64,000 nt of DNA from a virus (taxonomy: Duplodnaviria; Caudoviricetes): the IMG/VR virus record IMGVR_UViG_3300018481_000023, positions 485 through 64,484 of that record; one strand, 5' to 3'. This document shows positions 8,956 to 17,655 of the stretch, in pieces. Under the pieces are notes generated by a model. It saw only the letters and a list, made by a program, of their open reading frames with translations, did not search any database and was not told the origin of the DNA. The position numbers and the translations under genes are program-made. The number at the start of each line of letters is the position of its first letter. The stretch's first letter is position 1.

Positions 8956-9888
8956 ATGAACAAAAGTGTATTCATTGCACTGCTTCTCTGCAGTGCGACG
9001 CCTGTGTTCGCTCAGGACACAAACGTCAACGTCAACGATCTCGCCAGCCAAAGCGCCTCTGACGCCAACGCCAACTCGGGTTCAGTCTCGGGCGCGAGCT
9101 CTGACAACCAGAACGCCAACATCCAACAGGGTAACATCGGCGTTTCGGAGAACACCAACACCTCGGAGAGCGTCTCAGGCGCCATCTCGGGTTCCAACTC
9201 TGAGTCCGTATCGGGATCCACTTCCGATCAAGCTCAGGGCCAAGCTCAGGATCAAGGCCAAGCTCAAGATCAGGGTCAGTCCCAGGGTCAAGAGCAGAAC
9301 CTCGACTCCAATCAGGCGAACCAGCAGGGTGTGACGGTCAATCAGACCTGGAACACCAAGAATCGCCGGCAGACGGAAGTCCGCACTAACAACGCGGTTC
9401 CGCTGGCAGCGAGCAGCAGCTTCTCGTCCGATTACTGTGGTGGTACAGTATCGGGTGGTGCTTCCGCGGCTCCGCTTGGTATCTCGATCGGTGCCTCGAC
9501 TAATAAGTTCGACAAGTCCTGCCAAAGCCTGCGTCGCGCTGAGAAGTTCGGCATGGCTGCGGTCAATGCTAGCAACATGGGACAGCTTGAGCTGAGTGGA
9601 CGCCTTATGTCCATGATGATCTGGTCCATCTGTACCTCCGATTCCGGTGGTACTGAGGGTAGTCACGACACAGCTCAGGCTTGTGACAAGCTTCTGCTGC
9701 TAGGTGCAGGTTCGAGTTCGTCAGTTGCATCGGCGCAGCCAGCTCCTGGAATTACGCCACAACCACGGGTTGCAGCGAAGGGCAAGGTTACGCCTGAAGC
9801 ATCCTATCGTGCCTTGGCACAGAACACGTCTGGATCAACTCCGATTCAGGCGGCACAAGTTACGGCTGCAAAAACCCCACGGCCGTAA
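8956..9888 (+). CDS. secreted low-complexity (S/N/Q/G-rich) protein with Cys-containing C-terminal domain
   Basis: Signal peptide MNKSVFIALLLCSATPVFA; SESVSG and QAQDQG repeats; C-terminal domain SSDYCGG...GISIG...DKSC. Confidence 0.75.
   Translation: MNKSVFIALLLCSATPVFAQDTNVNVNDLASQSASDANANSGSVSGASSDNQNANIQQGNIGVSENTNTSESVSGAISGSNSESVSGSTSDQAQGQAQDQGQAQDQGQSQGQEQNLDSNQANQQGVTVNQTWNTKNRRQTEVRTNNAVPLAASSSFSSDYCGGTVSGGASAAPLGISIGASTNKFDKSCQSLRRAEKFGMAAVNASNMGQLELSGRLMSMMIWSICTSDSGGTEGSHDTAQACDKLLLLGAGSSSSVASAQPAPGITPQPRVAAKGKVTPEASYRALAQNTSGSTPIQAAQVTAAKTPRP
9226..9297 (+). repeat. Gln-alternating tandem repeat (QAQGQAQDQGQAQDQGQSQGQEQ)
   Basis: Degenerate CAAGCTCAGGATCAAGGC-type units. Confidence 0.7.
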
Positions 9889-9943
9889 CACCCGATGCAA
9901 GGGAAGGCTTGAAGGGGAAGCCTGTCCACACCTTGCATCACCC

Positions 9944-9983
9944 GGAGAGGCGGCTTCCGCGCTGTAGGTCGCCTCTCCTTTCT
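9944..9983 (+). terminator. putative intrinsic terminator or processing hairpin
   Basis: GGAGAGGCGGC/GTCGCCTCTCC stem followed by TTTCT. Confidence 0.5.
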
Positions 9984-10071
9984 ACTCTACCACGGCGTAC
10001 CAGATTCGAATAGGGGGGGAGCCGGGCGACCCTATCTAGCATAGTCCGGCTATTGCAATAAGGAGAATACC

Positions 10072-10461
10072 ATGAAGAAACTGTTCCTTCTCGCCGGTGC
10101 CGCTCTCGCATTCGTTGCGACGCCGGCGATGGCTGTCGACTTCGGCATCGCGTTGGGTCAGGGCTCATCGAGCTCGACCTCACTCGCAGTTGCCGGTAGC
10201 CAGGGTTCGTCTGCCAGCCTGATCGCCGGCGCGACGACTCAGACCAGCCAGAGCCTTGCGGCTTCGGGTGGTTCGGCTGTGTCGATCATGGACGGCAATG
10301 ATCAGTCCTCGACGTCGGTCCATCAGTCCGAGACGCTCCAGACGGGTTCGTCTGCTTCTCTCGGCCTCGCTGGCTCGCAGAATAGCAACTTCGCCTTTGG
10401 CGCTGGTGGCTCGTCTGCGCAGAACAGCCTCGTCGGCGTCTGGCTCTTCGTCCAGCCGTAA
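10072..10461 (+). CDS. secreted Ser/Gly/Gln-rich small protein (curlin/HfaA-like composition)
   Basis: TAAGGAG RBS; signal peptide MKKLFLLAGAALAFVATPAMA; internal repeat GSSASL(I/G)(L)AG x2; very few charged residues. Confidence 0.75.
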   Translation: MKKLFLLAGAALAFVATPAMAVDFGIALGQGSSSSTSLAVAGSQGSSASLIAGATTQTSQSLAASGGSAVSIMDGNDQSSTSVHQSETLQTGSSASLGLAGSQNSNFAFGAGGSSAQNSLVGVWLFVQP

Positions 10462-10680
10462 GTCTTCGGACTTACGAGGTTCCTAGGGTTCACTCCCCCC
10501 AGGAGCCGAAAAGGAGAGAGTCGCGTCAAACCGGCTCTCTCCCCAGTTTCAAGGGCTAAGCTTAGCGGGAAACACTCCCCAGTCCGTACCGCGAAGCTCT
10601 CGGTGGAGGTTTGATCCTCTCTTTTCTCCACCAGCGACCCCACCACCAACGGATTGCCCTCCGGGTGGGGTCGCACTTTT
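10462..10680 (+). ncRNA. candidate multi-hairpin structured RNA ending in a terminator
   Basis: Consecutive stems at 10461-10472, 10478-10507, 10513-10542, 10602-10632 and 10634-10674 plus ACTTTT; CU-rich loops. Confidence 0.35.
10634..10680 (+). terminator. rho-independent terminator
   Basis: GCGACCCCACC/GGTGGGGTCGC 11-bp stem then ACTTTT. Confidence 0.65.
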
Positions 10681-10702
10681 CAAAGGACAAGGGAGACGTG
10701 CC

Positions 10703-11386
10703 GTGTATATGGAAGACTACCAGACCTGGCTAAACTCTAAAGGCCAGAACCTCGTTGTGGACGGGCACTGCGGGCAGACTACTCGTGAAGCTACCGAAGC
10801 GGTCTTCACCAACCTGAACGCTAAAGCGGTTACCGACGAACAGATGCATACGCTCGCAGACTACATGGAGGTCAGCTACAACCAGCTGACGGCTGTGTCC
10901 AACGTAGAATCAGCGGGTGCAGGCTACGACAAGTATGGTCGGCCGAAAATCCTGTACGAGCGGCACAAGTTCTCTGACTTCACCTACGGAATGTTCGACA
11001 TCGAATCCTGGTCGAATCCTGATCCGGGTGGCTACAACGAGGACTCGTGGGACAAGCTGGAATACGCCATCGGCGCAGACCTTAGATCGGCTTTTAAGTC
11101 CTGCTCCTGGGGCAAGTTCCAAGTCATGGGGTTCTGGTTCCCCAACATGGAGTTCTGCTCCGCACTCGAGTTAGCCTACAGCACGGTTATCTCGGAGTTC
11201 CACCAGTACAAACTATTCGTCGAATACATCAGGATGAACCACCTGACGGACGAGCTCCAAATGGTATCAACCGATCCTGATGACTGCCGCCCCTTCGCTA
11301 AGGGGTATAACGGACCTGCATACGAGGATGGCAACTACCACGTGAAGATTGCCGACGAGATGAAGCGTCTGGAAGCCGGCGGTTAG
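10703..11386 (+). CDS. endolysin, N-acetylmuramidase (DUF3380-like) with N-terminal peptidoglycan-binding domain
   Basis: LVVDGHCGQTT PG-binding motif; AVSNVESAG, PKILYERHKF, SWGKFQVMG, FAKGYNGPAY. Confidence 0.88.
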   Translation: MYMEDYQTWLNSKGQNLVVDGHCGQTTREATEAVFTNLNAKAVTDEQMHTLADYMEVSYNQLTAVSNVESAGAGYDKYGRPKILYERHKFSDFTYGMFDIESWSNPDPGGYNEDSWDKLEYAIGADLRSAFKSCSWGKFQVMGFWFPNMEFCSALELAYSTVISEFHQYKLFVEYIRMNHLTDELQMVSTDPDDCRPFAKGYNGPAYEDGNYHVKIADEMKRLEAGG

Positions 11387-11390
11387 TCAC

Positions 11391-11942
11391 ATGAACGCTT
11401 CGGACGAGAATAGGGTAGACGTTCTCGTCCCAGAGGAGATGTTCTGGAGAGTCCTCTCGGCGATGACTAAGAAGTCTGTTGCCGACCTTAAAACAGAAGC
11501 CCTCCATCGTACCATTGTGGCGATTGACCCCGGTGAAACTACGGGCATAGCCGTCTGGAACACCAGTTCCTATGGTAAGATGCAGATCAAGCTGTTCCAA
11601 GTGGAGACCAAAGATGTTGGTTCTGGTTTCGATACCCTACTAGGGGGTATCAAGACCATCGCTCCAGATCACATCCGCTGCGAGGAATACCGCGTCTATA
11701 ACTGGATGGCCGACTCCCACTCCTGGTCAGTACTCCATACGCCACAGCTCATTGGCGCGGTCAAGGTGCTTGCCCATATGCTCAACATCCCCCTTAGTTT
11801 CAAGCTCGCCCAACAGCCGAAGGCGGTTTTTAACGACTCCAACCTAAAGATGATGGGGGTCTACTCTCCGGGCCTCAAGCATGCCCGCGACGCCGAGCGT
11901 CACCTACTGTACCACATGGCCTTCCCAGAAAAGACAGACTAA
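11391..11942 (+). CDS. RuvC-like Holliday junction resolvase
   Basis: IVAIDPGETTGIA, IRCEEY, KHARDAERH RNase H-fold motifs. Confidence 0.75.
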   Translation: MNASDENRVDVLVPEEMFWRVLSAMTKKSVADLKTEALHRTIVAIDPGETTGIAVWNTSSYGKMQIKLFQVETKDVGSGFDTLLGGIKTIAPDHIRCEEYRVYNWMADSHSWSVLHTPQLIGAVKVLAHMLNIPLSFKLAQQPKAVFNDSNLKMMGVYSPGLKHARDAERHLLYHMAFPEKTD

Positions 11943-11967
11943 CCCAAACACATCCATAAATATAGGC

Positions 11968-12015
11968 GACCATCAGATTTTCGTTGCTATGATTTAACGT
12001 TTGAGCTATTATAAT
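11968..12015 (+). promoter_or_regulatory. sigma70-like promoter with GACC box
   Basis: GACCATCAGATTTTCG-TTGCTA-17nt-TATTAT(AAT). Confidence 0.7.
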
Positions 12016-12073
12016 CATCTAAACATTTATTCGTTTAGCACGTGTCACGTGTCATAGCAATGGAGAATAGTCA

Positions 12074-12475
12074 ATGGTTACGTTCACTGCAGTAGATCCC
12101 GCCACTCTCGAGACCAATAGGCTCGGAAGACGAGGGCGCGTCAGTTACCCTCTCATCAAGTCGTTCCTGGAGGCCAACATCAAGCTGGCCAAGCTGGATC
12201 TGGATGGACTCGACAAGAATCCCCAGTATCTACGCTCAGTGCTCACGTCGTACATCAAGAACCACGATCTCCCGATCAAGCTGTTCTCGGTGCAGGGCGA
12301 TATGCATCTGATGCGTCTGGACATCGACAACGACGGCAAAGCTATCCCGGATTGGAAGAGCACCCAAACCACCGAAGGCGCAGCCGGCCACCTGGAACAT
12401 CTCGAACCGAAGCCGATCGATGACTCGGAGGTCGAAGAGCGTTTCGTCCAGGAAAAGGATAAGTCAACCAAGTAA
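12074..12475 (+). CDS. hypothetical protein
   Basis: 133 aa, GGAG RBS, first gene after promoter. Confidence 0.7.
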   Translation: MVTFTAVDPATLETNRLGRRGRVSYPLIKSFLEANIKLAKLDLDGLDKNPQYLRSVLTSYIKNHDLPIKLFSVQGDMHLMRLDIDNDGKAIPDWKSTQTTEGAAGHLEHLEPKPIDDSEVEERFVQEKDKSTK

Positions 12476-12484
12476 GGAGGTTCC

Positions 12485-13093
12485 ATGGCTCGCCTACTCG
12501 TCATTTGTGCCAAACGGTACAACGGACATGAACTCTGGACCCTCTTGGGGGTCCTCAAGCAAAGGGGCCATACCTTCGAGGTGGTATCTCAAGCCACCCT
12601 AATCCGCGACGAGCTCACATTACGGCCGAACACCATCGACCGTACCGTCTACGAAGTCCATCCAGACAAGACGGGTGAGTTCGACGCGGTAGTAGTTGTC
12701 TCTGGGAACATGCAGGACACAGAGGCCTACTGGACCGATAAGCACGTGGAGGCCCTCTTGCACGAGTTCCGGGGTGCAGGAAAAGTGGTTGGGGCTATAT
12801 GTTGTTCCGTTCCTACTCTCGCCCCGGTCGCAAAAGGCGTCCACGTGTCCTATTTCCCCTTGGTCCGATCAAAGCAACGGCTACGTAACTACGGGGCCAT
12901 TCTGGAGCCCGTCTCCCTCACGGTCGATGTGGAAGCCCGTATGGCTACAGCGGAGAACCAGATGATATCCCAGATGTGGGCAGAGGAGCTCTCTAACCTC
13001 CTCGAAGACCTGCCTCCAAAGTATCACCTGCAGCCTTCCGGGTTCGTACCTAAAGGGAGCCCTCGAATTCTGCAGGCGAGATCCACGAGATGA
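12485..13093 (+). CDS. DJ-1/PfpI family protein
   Basis: TAAGGAGG RBS; YNGHEL, FDAVVVVSG, GKVVGAICCS nucleophile elbow. Confidence 0.8.
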   Translation: MARLLVICAKRYNGHELWTLLGVLKQRGHTFEVVSQATLIRDELTLRPNTIDRTVYEVHPDKTGEFDAVVVVSGNMQDTEAYWTDKHVEALLHEFRGAGKVVGAICCSVPTLAPVAKGVHVSYFPLVRSKQRLRNYGAILEPVSLTVDVEARMATAENQMISQMWAEELSNLLEDLPPKYHLQPSGFVPKGSPRILQARSTR

Positions 13094-13177
13094 TTGCGAG
13101 TGCACGCACGGCACAGGGACTAGAGGTGATTCCTAACGAGCGACCGCAAAGGAAGGACCCACAAAAACTTTAGGGGC

Positions 13178-13223
13178 GACCAGAGGAAGGACTCTTGCTT
13201 TTAGCCCCGAAATTGTGTATAAT
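13178..13223 (+). promoter_or_regulatory. sigma70-like promoter with GACC box
   Basis: GACCAGAGGAAGGACTC-TTGCTT-17nt-TATAAT. Confidence 0.78.
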
Positions 13224-13248
13224 AGAAGATCAGCAGGGAGATTGAGCG

Positions 13249-13527
13249 GTGCAGCCTGAGGAGTGGAATTCGGAGAAGTATCCAGTGCTAGCTGGTTATC
13301 CTCCTAGAGACGTCCAGGAGCATTGTGTACGACATGAAGGTTGGCAAGCGTGTAGGCGTTCGATGAAGGGTGTTCCAACGAAGGACAAGTTGTTCATACT
13401 GGAGTGCTGGTGGGATCGTCATCAGAACACGCCTTATGCGACGGAAGTACAGGTAGGGAATTATCTAGGTGCGCTACGCCGCGGAGGACAGTTAGACGAA
13501 CATAACCGAATCAGGAAGTACATCTGA
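13249..13527 (+). CDS. conserved-looking phage hypothetical protein
   Basis: 92 aa after promoter; VQVGNYLGALRRGGQL motif; TGATG coupling. Confidence 0.65.
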   Translation: MQPEEWNSEKYPVLAGYPPRDVQEHCVRHEGWQACRRSMKGVPTKDKLFILECWWDRHQNTPYATEVQVGNYLGALRRGGQLDEHNRIRKYI

Positions 13528-14225
13528 TGCCCCAAGTCAAACGTCGGGGTAAGGATAGGGTCAAGTATAAATTGATGACCCGACGGAGAAAGAGCCGCGT
13601 TCGTTCGGGGAAGCAATTCGGCGACCTTGAGGTTATGCGGCGTGTGGCTACTCGAAGTGGATCAAGCGGAGGACAAAAATGGCTAGTCCGTTGTTCCTGT
13701 GGCGTCCAGTTCACTGTGCCGCAATTCTATTTGGTACGGAGAGAGTTCCCGAAGACCCACTGCGGGTGTAAGAAGCGTGTGGGGAATGCGCATACGCGCG
13801 AACGCGGCATCTTTTACATGATGCATAGGAGGTGTTATGTTTCGACCCACGTGGCGTACTCCCATTACGGTGGGGCAACTCCGCCAATCGGGGTTTGTGA
13901 CGCCTGGAACAAGGATATTGTCGGCAACGAATCGGCGTGGGGGAGTTTTATTAAGGATATGGGACCCGCACCGACGAGAAAGCACACCCTCGATCGTATT
14001 AACCCATATAAAGGGTACGGATGGTTTCCGGATGCGAGTGGTGCCCCACGGCTTAATTGCAGGTGGGCCACGGCTAAGGAACAAGCTAATAACCTACGTC
14101 GACATTGGGCTACTCCGACAGAGGTTGAAGCAGTCATTAAGCTCGAGGAGTTCTCGGACGTCGACACCGGCGACGAAGAGGAAGAAGAAGCGGACGCCAC
14201 CGAAAACGAAACTGCAACCCAATGA
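13527..14225 (+). CDS. HNH endonuclease (homing type)
   Basis: WLVRCSCG, HCGC, MHRRCY...YSHYGG...VCDAW, HTLDRIN...NCRWATAKEQANN. Confidence 0.82.
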   Translation: MPQVKRRGKDRVKYKLMTRRRKSRVRSGKQFGDLEVMRRVATRSGSSGGQKWLVRCSCGVQFTVPQFYLVRREFPKTHCGCKKRVGNAHTRERGIFYMMHRRCYVSTHVAYSHYGGATPPIGVCDAWNKDIVGNESAWGSFIKDMGPAPTRKHTLDRINPYKGYGWFPDASGAPRLNCRWATAKEQANNLRRHWATPTEVEAVIKLEEFSDVDTGDEEEEEADATENETATQ

Positions 14226-14249
14226 GGCCACAGACTAAGGAGATATACA

Positions 14250-14780
14250 GTGATCCTTCTACTTTTAGCCGCTCAGTTGGGCTCATACACTAGTGGGGGC
14301 TTGGTTTCAGGGTGCCATGCTCCAAATGGCGAATCCATTCGATGCATTGACATCTACACGCATCGTACTACTCATATCCGTCTGAACGGTATCGAAGCCC
14401 CAACGCACTACTGCAACCAGAACCGGTGGTCTTATACCAGGTGCGGTCGCAGGGCAGTTGAGAACTCCCAGCGTTCCCTCAATCGGTATGTCCATGGGCA
14501 GACGCTCCACTACACCCCCCTTTCGCGCGAGAACATGCGCGAGGTGATCGCTAAGGTCATTTCCAATGGACGGGATCTTTCATGCACACAGGTGACGAAC
14601 GGATCGGCCGAATACTCTCGCGTACGGGATATCGGGAAAGACCTGTATCGTACCTGTTCATATGTACGCCGCAACTACCGATGGAATGGAGAACGTGCCC
14701 ATGACCGACGAGACGACCGACGAGATGAACGGCGAGACGACCGCCGGGATGAACACTACGACGACAACGGCCCCCGCTAA
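14250..14780 (+). CDS. secreted thermonuclease (SNase)-like protein, catalytic residues degenerate
   Basis: TAAGGAG RBS; hydrophobic N-terminus; NGESIRC, IRLNGIEAP, GRDLSC..V.NG.A match the SNase pattern; RDDR-repeat tail. Confidence 0.65.
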   Translation: MILLLLAAQLGSYTSGGLVSGCHAPNGESIRCIDIYTHRTTHIRLNGIEAPTHYCNQNRWSYTRCGRRAVENSQRSLNRYVHGQTLHYTPLSRENMREVIAKVISNGRDLSCTQVTNGSAEYSRVRDIGKDLYRTCSYVRRNYRWNGERAHDRRDDRRDERRDDRRDEHYDDNGPR

Positions 14781-15030
14781 ATACAGTGCCGATTGGATAA
14801 AAGAACAGACCGTCGGCAAACGTCGGCTCGAGGTCCGTGGCTGTAGCATCTGCTGCTATCCATTGGCATACCTATTTATCGGAGGCGCGGTCTACTTCGA
14901 TCCAGGCTGCCATTGTTCACGTATGGGGCCAGCCAACTACGAGCTCCGGGATTATCAGGCAATAGCCGATTGGCTCGCTATGCAGAAGGACGACGCCACA
15001 CGGGATAAAATTCTAGAACGGGTCGAGTAG
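14701..15030 (+). CDS. Cys-containing hypothetical protein
   Basis: GGAG RBS 7 nt before ATG 14701; CSICC...GCHC; overlaps SNase 3' end. Confidence 0.6.
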   Translation: MTDETTDEMNGETTAGMNTTTTTAPAKYSADWIKEQTVGKRRLEVRGCSICCYPLAYLFIGGAVYFDPGCHCSRMGPANYELRDYQAIADWLAMQKDDATRDKILERVE

Positions 15031-15041
15031 GCGCCACAGTT

Positions 15042-15088
15042 GACCCAAAGAAAGTCCCTAGATTGACCAATGGGCAATGCTATATAAT
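15042..15088 (+). promoter_or_regulatory. sigma70-like promoter with GACC box
   Basis: GACCCAAAGAAAGTCCC-TAGATT-18nt-TATAAT. Confidence 0.7.
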
Positions 15089-15116
15089 ATAGGGACAAGC
15101 AAAGAGGGGAGAATGC

Positions 15117-16073
15117 ATGGTATTCCGGGTAATGTTGGCTGACAATAAGCCATACAATGAGGGTGCTGTCATCAAGCACCTGGAAGAACAAGACTACCTC
15201 ATCATGCAGCCCAAAATTGATGGGATGCGTGCGGCTATCGATGAAGAAGCCAAGGCCCGAACTCGCTCAGGAAAGCTGCACAGAAACAGGTTCCTACAGA
15301 AGTGGGCTATGCAACACCCGTCTTTGCGCGGACTAGATGGGGAGGTAGTTTCTGGACACCAGATGCATGCTAATGTCTTTAGGGACTGCATGTCAGGCAT
15401 CCGTAGCGAAGAAGGCTCACCCGAATTCACCTTCTACGCGTTCGACTACTTCCTGTATAACATTGCCCAAGCGGAATATGCCATACGGCGTGAGTGCCTC
15501 GCGGCCATCATCGAGAACATCGGAGGTGAGCAGATTGGGGACGAATATCACGCCAAGCTTATCCTCTGCCCTCAGCGCATCGTGCGCAGCCTAGAAGAGA
15601 TCGCCGACTACGAACAGGAGCTATTGACTGCGGGATGGGAAGGAGCAATGCTACGGCATCCTTTCAAACCGTACAAGTTTAACCGTTCTACGTGGCTCGG
15701 TGGGGAGCTGATGAAGCTGAAGAGGTTCGAGGACGATGAGGCTGAGATTACCGGAACCTTCGCAAGGGAACGAAACGACAACGCCCCAATCGTGGACGTC
15801 AGAGGCTATACTACCCGTAGCGCTCACCAGGACAACAAGGTGGCGCTCGAGATGCTCGGGGGTGTCAATTGCAGACTACTTCGAGATCCCTCCATTACCT
15901 TCGACATCGGAGTATTTAGGGGATGGAATCACAGTGATCTCATTGCCCTCTGGAAGATTCGGGAAGAGCTTCCTGGCAGAATCCTTAAGTTCAAGCATCA
16001 GGGCTATGGAGGTGGGTATGATAAACCTAGGACTCCAGTCGGCCTTGGTTGGAGAGACCCTTTCGACCTTTAA
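15117..16073 (+). CDS. lig: ATP-dependent DNA ligase
   Basis: QPKIDGMR (KxDG), LDGEV, FYAFD, WEGAMLR, LMKLK, KPRTP. Confidence 0.92.
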   Translation: MVFRVMLADNKPYNEGAVIKHLEEQDYLIMQPKIDGMRAAIDEEAKARTRSGKLHRNRFLQKWAMQHPSLRGLDGEVVSGHQMHANVFRDCMSGIRSEEGSPEFTFYAFDYFLYNIAQAEYAIRRECLAAIIENIGGEQIGDEYHAKLILCPQRIVRSLEEIADYEQELLTAGWEGAMLRHPFKPYKFNRSTWLGGELMKLKRFEDDEAEITGTFARERNDNAPIVDVRGYTTRSAHQDNKVALEMLGGVNCRLLRDPSITFDIGVFRGWNHSDLIALWKIREELPGRILKFKHQGYGGGYDKPRTPVGLGWRDPFDL

Positions 16074-16117
16074 CGGACAACTACTCGAACTGAAGACACA
16101 CCAAAGGAGACTACGTC

Positions 16118-16303
16118 ATGGGAATAGGTAGTGCAAAAGTTCCGGAGCCAGAACTCACGTCTTGGCTGGAAGAAATGATCAACGCAGGGGATAGGACTCT
16201 CATCTCCATCGCGCCCTGGAATCTAATGGCCATCAGCGATGGGCAGGAGCAGTCTGAATACAGGGTGCAGTCCTATCTGGTTGTCTACAGCTTCAAGCAG
16301 TAG
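16118..16303 (+). CDS. hypothetical protein
   Basis: 61 aa, AAGGAG RBS. Confidence 0.55.
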   Translation: MGIGSAKVPEPELTSWLEEMINAGDRTLISIAPWNLMAISDGQEQSEYRVQSYLVVYSFKQ

Positions 16304-16368
16304 CGCCATGGATCTAGGAGAGGACAATCACAGGTGCGTAAATGCCTGCTGTGACATAAGGACGTCCT

Positions 16369-16653
16369 GTGCACGAGCGAATGATGAAGATTACAGCGGA
16401 CACGACCGCCTCTTTAATGGAGGGGATGGAGATGGCCAGAACTGTGGGCACTTCGTGGTGCGGAAAGCCTTGGGCAGAGGGAACCCCGATACGGTGTTCG
16501 ATCGTCGTCGGGGAAAACACGGGCGCATTCATAATGCACACGCAGGAGTGCGTACAAGCTATAGTGGCTCGGAGGCTCTATTCGGCTGCGTTCTTGGCAC
16601 ATTGCGACCCAAGTATCCGGGTGGCTCTAGGCCTTCCAGACCCAGTCCAATGA
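16369..16653 (+). CDS. hypothetical protein
   Basis: 94 aa, TAAGGA RBS. Confidence 0.5.
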   Translation: MHERMMKITADTTASLMEGMEMARTVGTSWCGKPWAEGTPIRCSIVVGENTGAFIMHTQECVQAIVARRLYSAAFLAHCDPSIRVALGLPDPVQ

Positions 16654-16702
16654 CTAAACGTCACATCCGTGACGGTGTGGATATCAACGAAGGAGAAGAC
16701 CA

Positions 16703-16903
16703 GTGAGTCATGTAAAGCGTTTCAAGGAGCCCCTTACCGCCATCCAGAGCAACCACCCAGCTACGGCGCGGGTGCTGGTCGAGGTACGGGTGAATGGCGA
16801 GTTCCTGATCACCAGTACGCTAGGGGAGCCTGAGACTGTCGACCTTTTGGATAAGGCAATGGAGGCAATCGATGGCCAACGACTGCCCCCAGAAGGGAAG
16901 TAG
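16703..16903 (+). CDS. hypothetical protein
   Basis: 66 aa, AAGGAG RBS. Confidence 0.55.
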   Translation: MSHVKRFKEPLTAIQSNHPATARVLVEVRVNGEFLITSTLGEPETVDLLDKAMEAIDGQRLPPEGK

Positions 16904-17096
16904 TTTCAGTGACCTTCGGAGGCTAAGATACCAATGGTGGTGTCTCCGCGAGAGGAAGAAAATTCCGGACCAACTTTGGCTGGCCTTAGAACCCTTTATG
17001 ACGTTCATGGCCCGACATCACCGGAGGATGCCTCACATCTCGTGGAGACACCGCTTGTTCATCCTATGGAATGGATACCTACCAGATGACTTCTGA
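16872..17096 (+). CDS. hypothetical protein
   Basis: GGAGG RBS; fills the gap; basic/Trp-rich. Confidence 0.4.
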   Translation: MANDCPQKGSSFSDLRRLRYQWWCLRERKKIPDQLWLALEPFMTFMARHHRRMPHISWRHRLFILWNGYLPDDF

Positions 17097-17655
17097 TTCC
17101 ACACCCAATCTAGACCCAGACTCCCCGACCCTTCTAGCGGAGCTGGAGAAGTGGTTGAAGGACAACAAGATAGCAGGGTCAGCCCTCGGTAAGTACCTAT
17201 GTCAAGATGCTAGCCTACTTTCAAGGTGGCGACGATCCGGAAGCAATGGTGTCGCCCCGAACAAACGTGTACAGGTAATAGTATTCATCCGGGACCACCC
17301 TAAAGGTCACCGGGACCTAAAGAAAACTGTTCGGCGAATTCGGCCGAGCCACAGCTACTCCCCAGGGTCTCACAGCCGTGTAGATGAAGTAAAACCCTCT
17401 CAAACATATCCTGTTCCTAGTATAAGCCATCTCGAGGTGAGAGCCGACGTAGAATGGGTTAGGCTCCAAGCCATGCATCGTGGAGTCCCAATTGTTCGGG
17501 TCCTCGCAGAGATGGTGCAGATAGGAATAGCGATTGCCAAGGAGCATGAACATGCCACTGAAACGCCCACCAACCCCTCGCCTCAGAGTACAGGCCAAGG
17601 AACGGGCCAAAGGCCGTACCGTGAGCCTAGTCCCCGAGGTGTGGCTCGCCAATAA
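17071..17655 (+). CDS. HTH-containing protein
   Basis: LEKWLKDNKIAGSALGKYLCQDASLLSRWRR Cro-like HTH; C-terminal RHH-like segment. Confidence 0.55.
   Translation: MDTYQMTSDSTPNLDPDSPTLLAELEKWLKDNKIAGSALGKYLCQDASLLSRWRRSGSNGVAPNKRVQVIVFIRDHPKGHRDLKKTVRRIRPSHSYSPGSHSRVDEVKPSQTYPVPSISHLEVRADVEWVRLQAMHRGVPIVRVLAEMVQIGIAIAKEHEHATETPTNPSPQSTGQGTGQRPYREPSPRGVARQ

Noticed and set aside
10513-10633. tRNA/tmRNA-like 3' end (GGTTTGATCC...CTCCACCA)
   Set aside because: The T-loop is not TTCRANY, no D or anticodon arm can be built, and CTCCACC pairs locally with GGTGGAG
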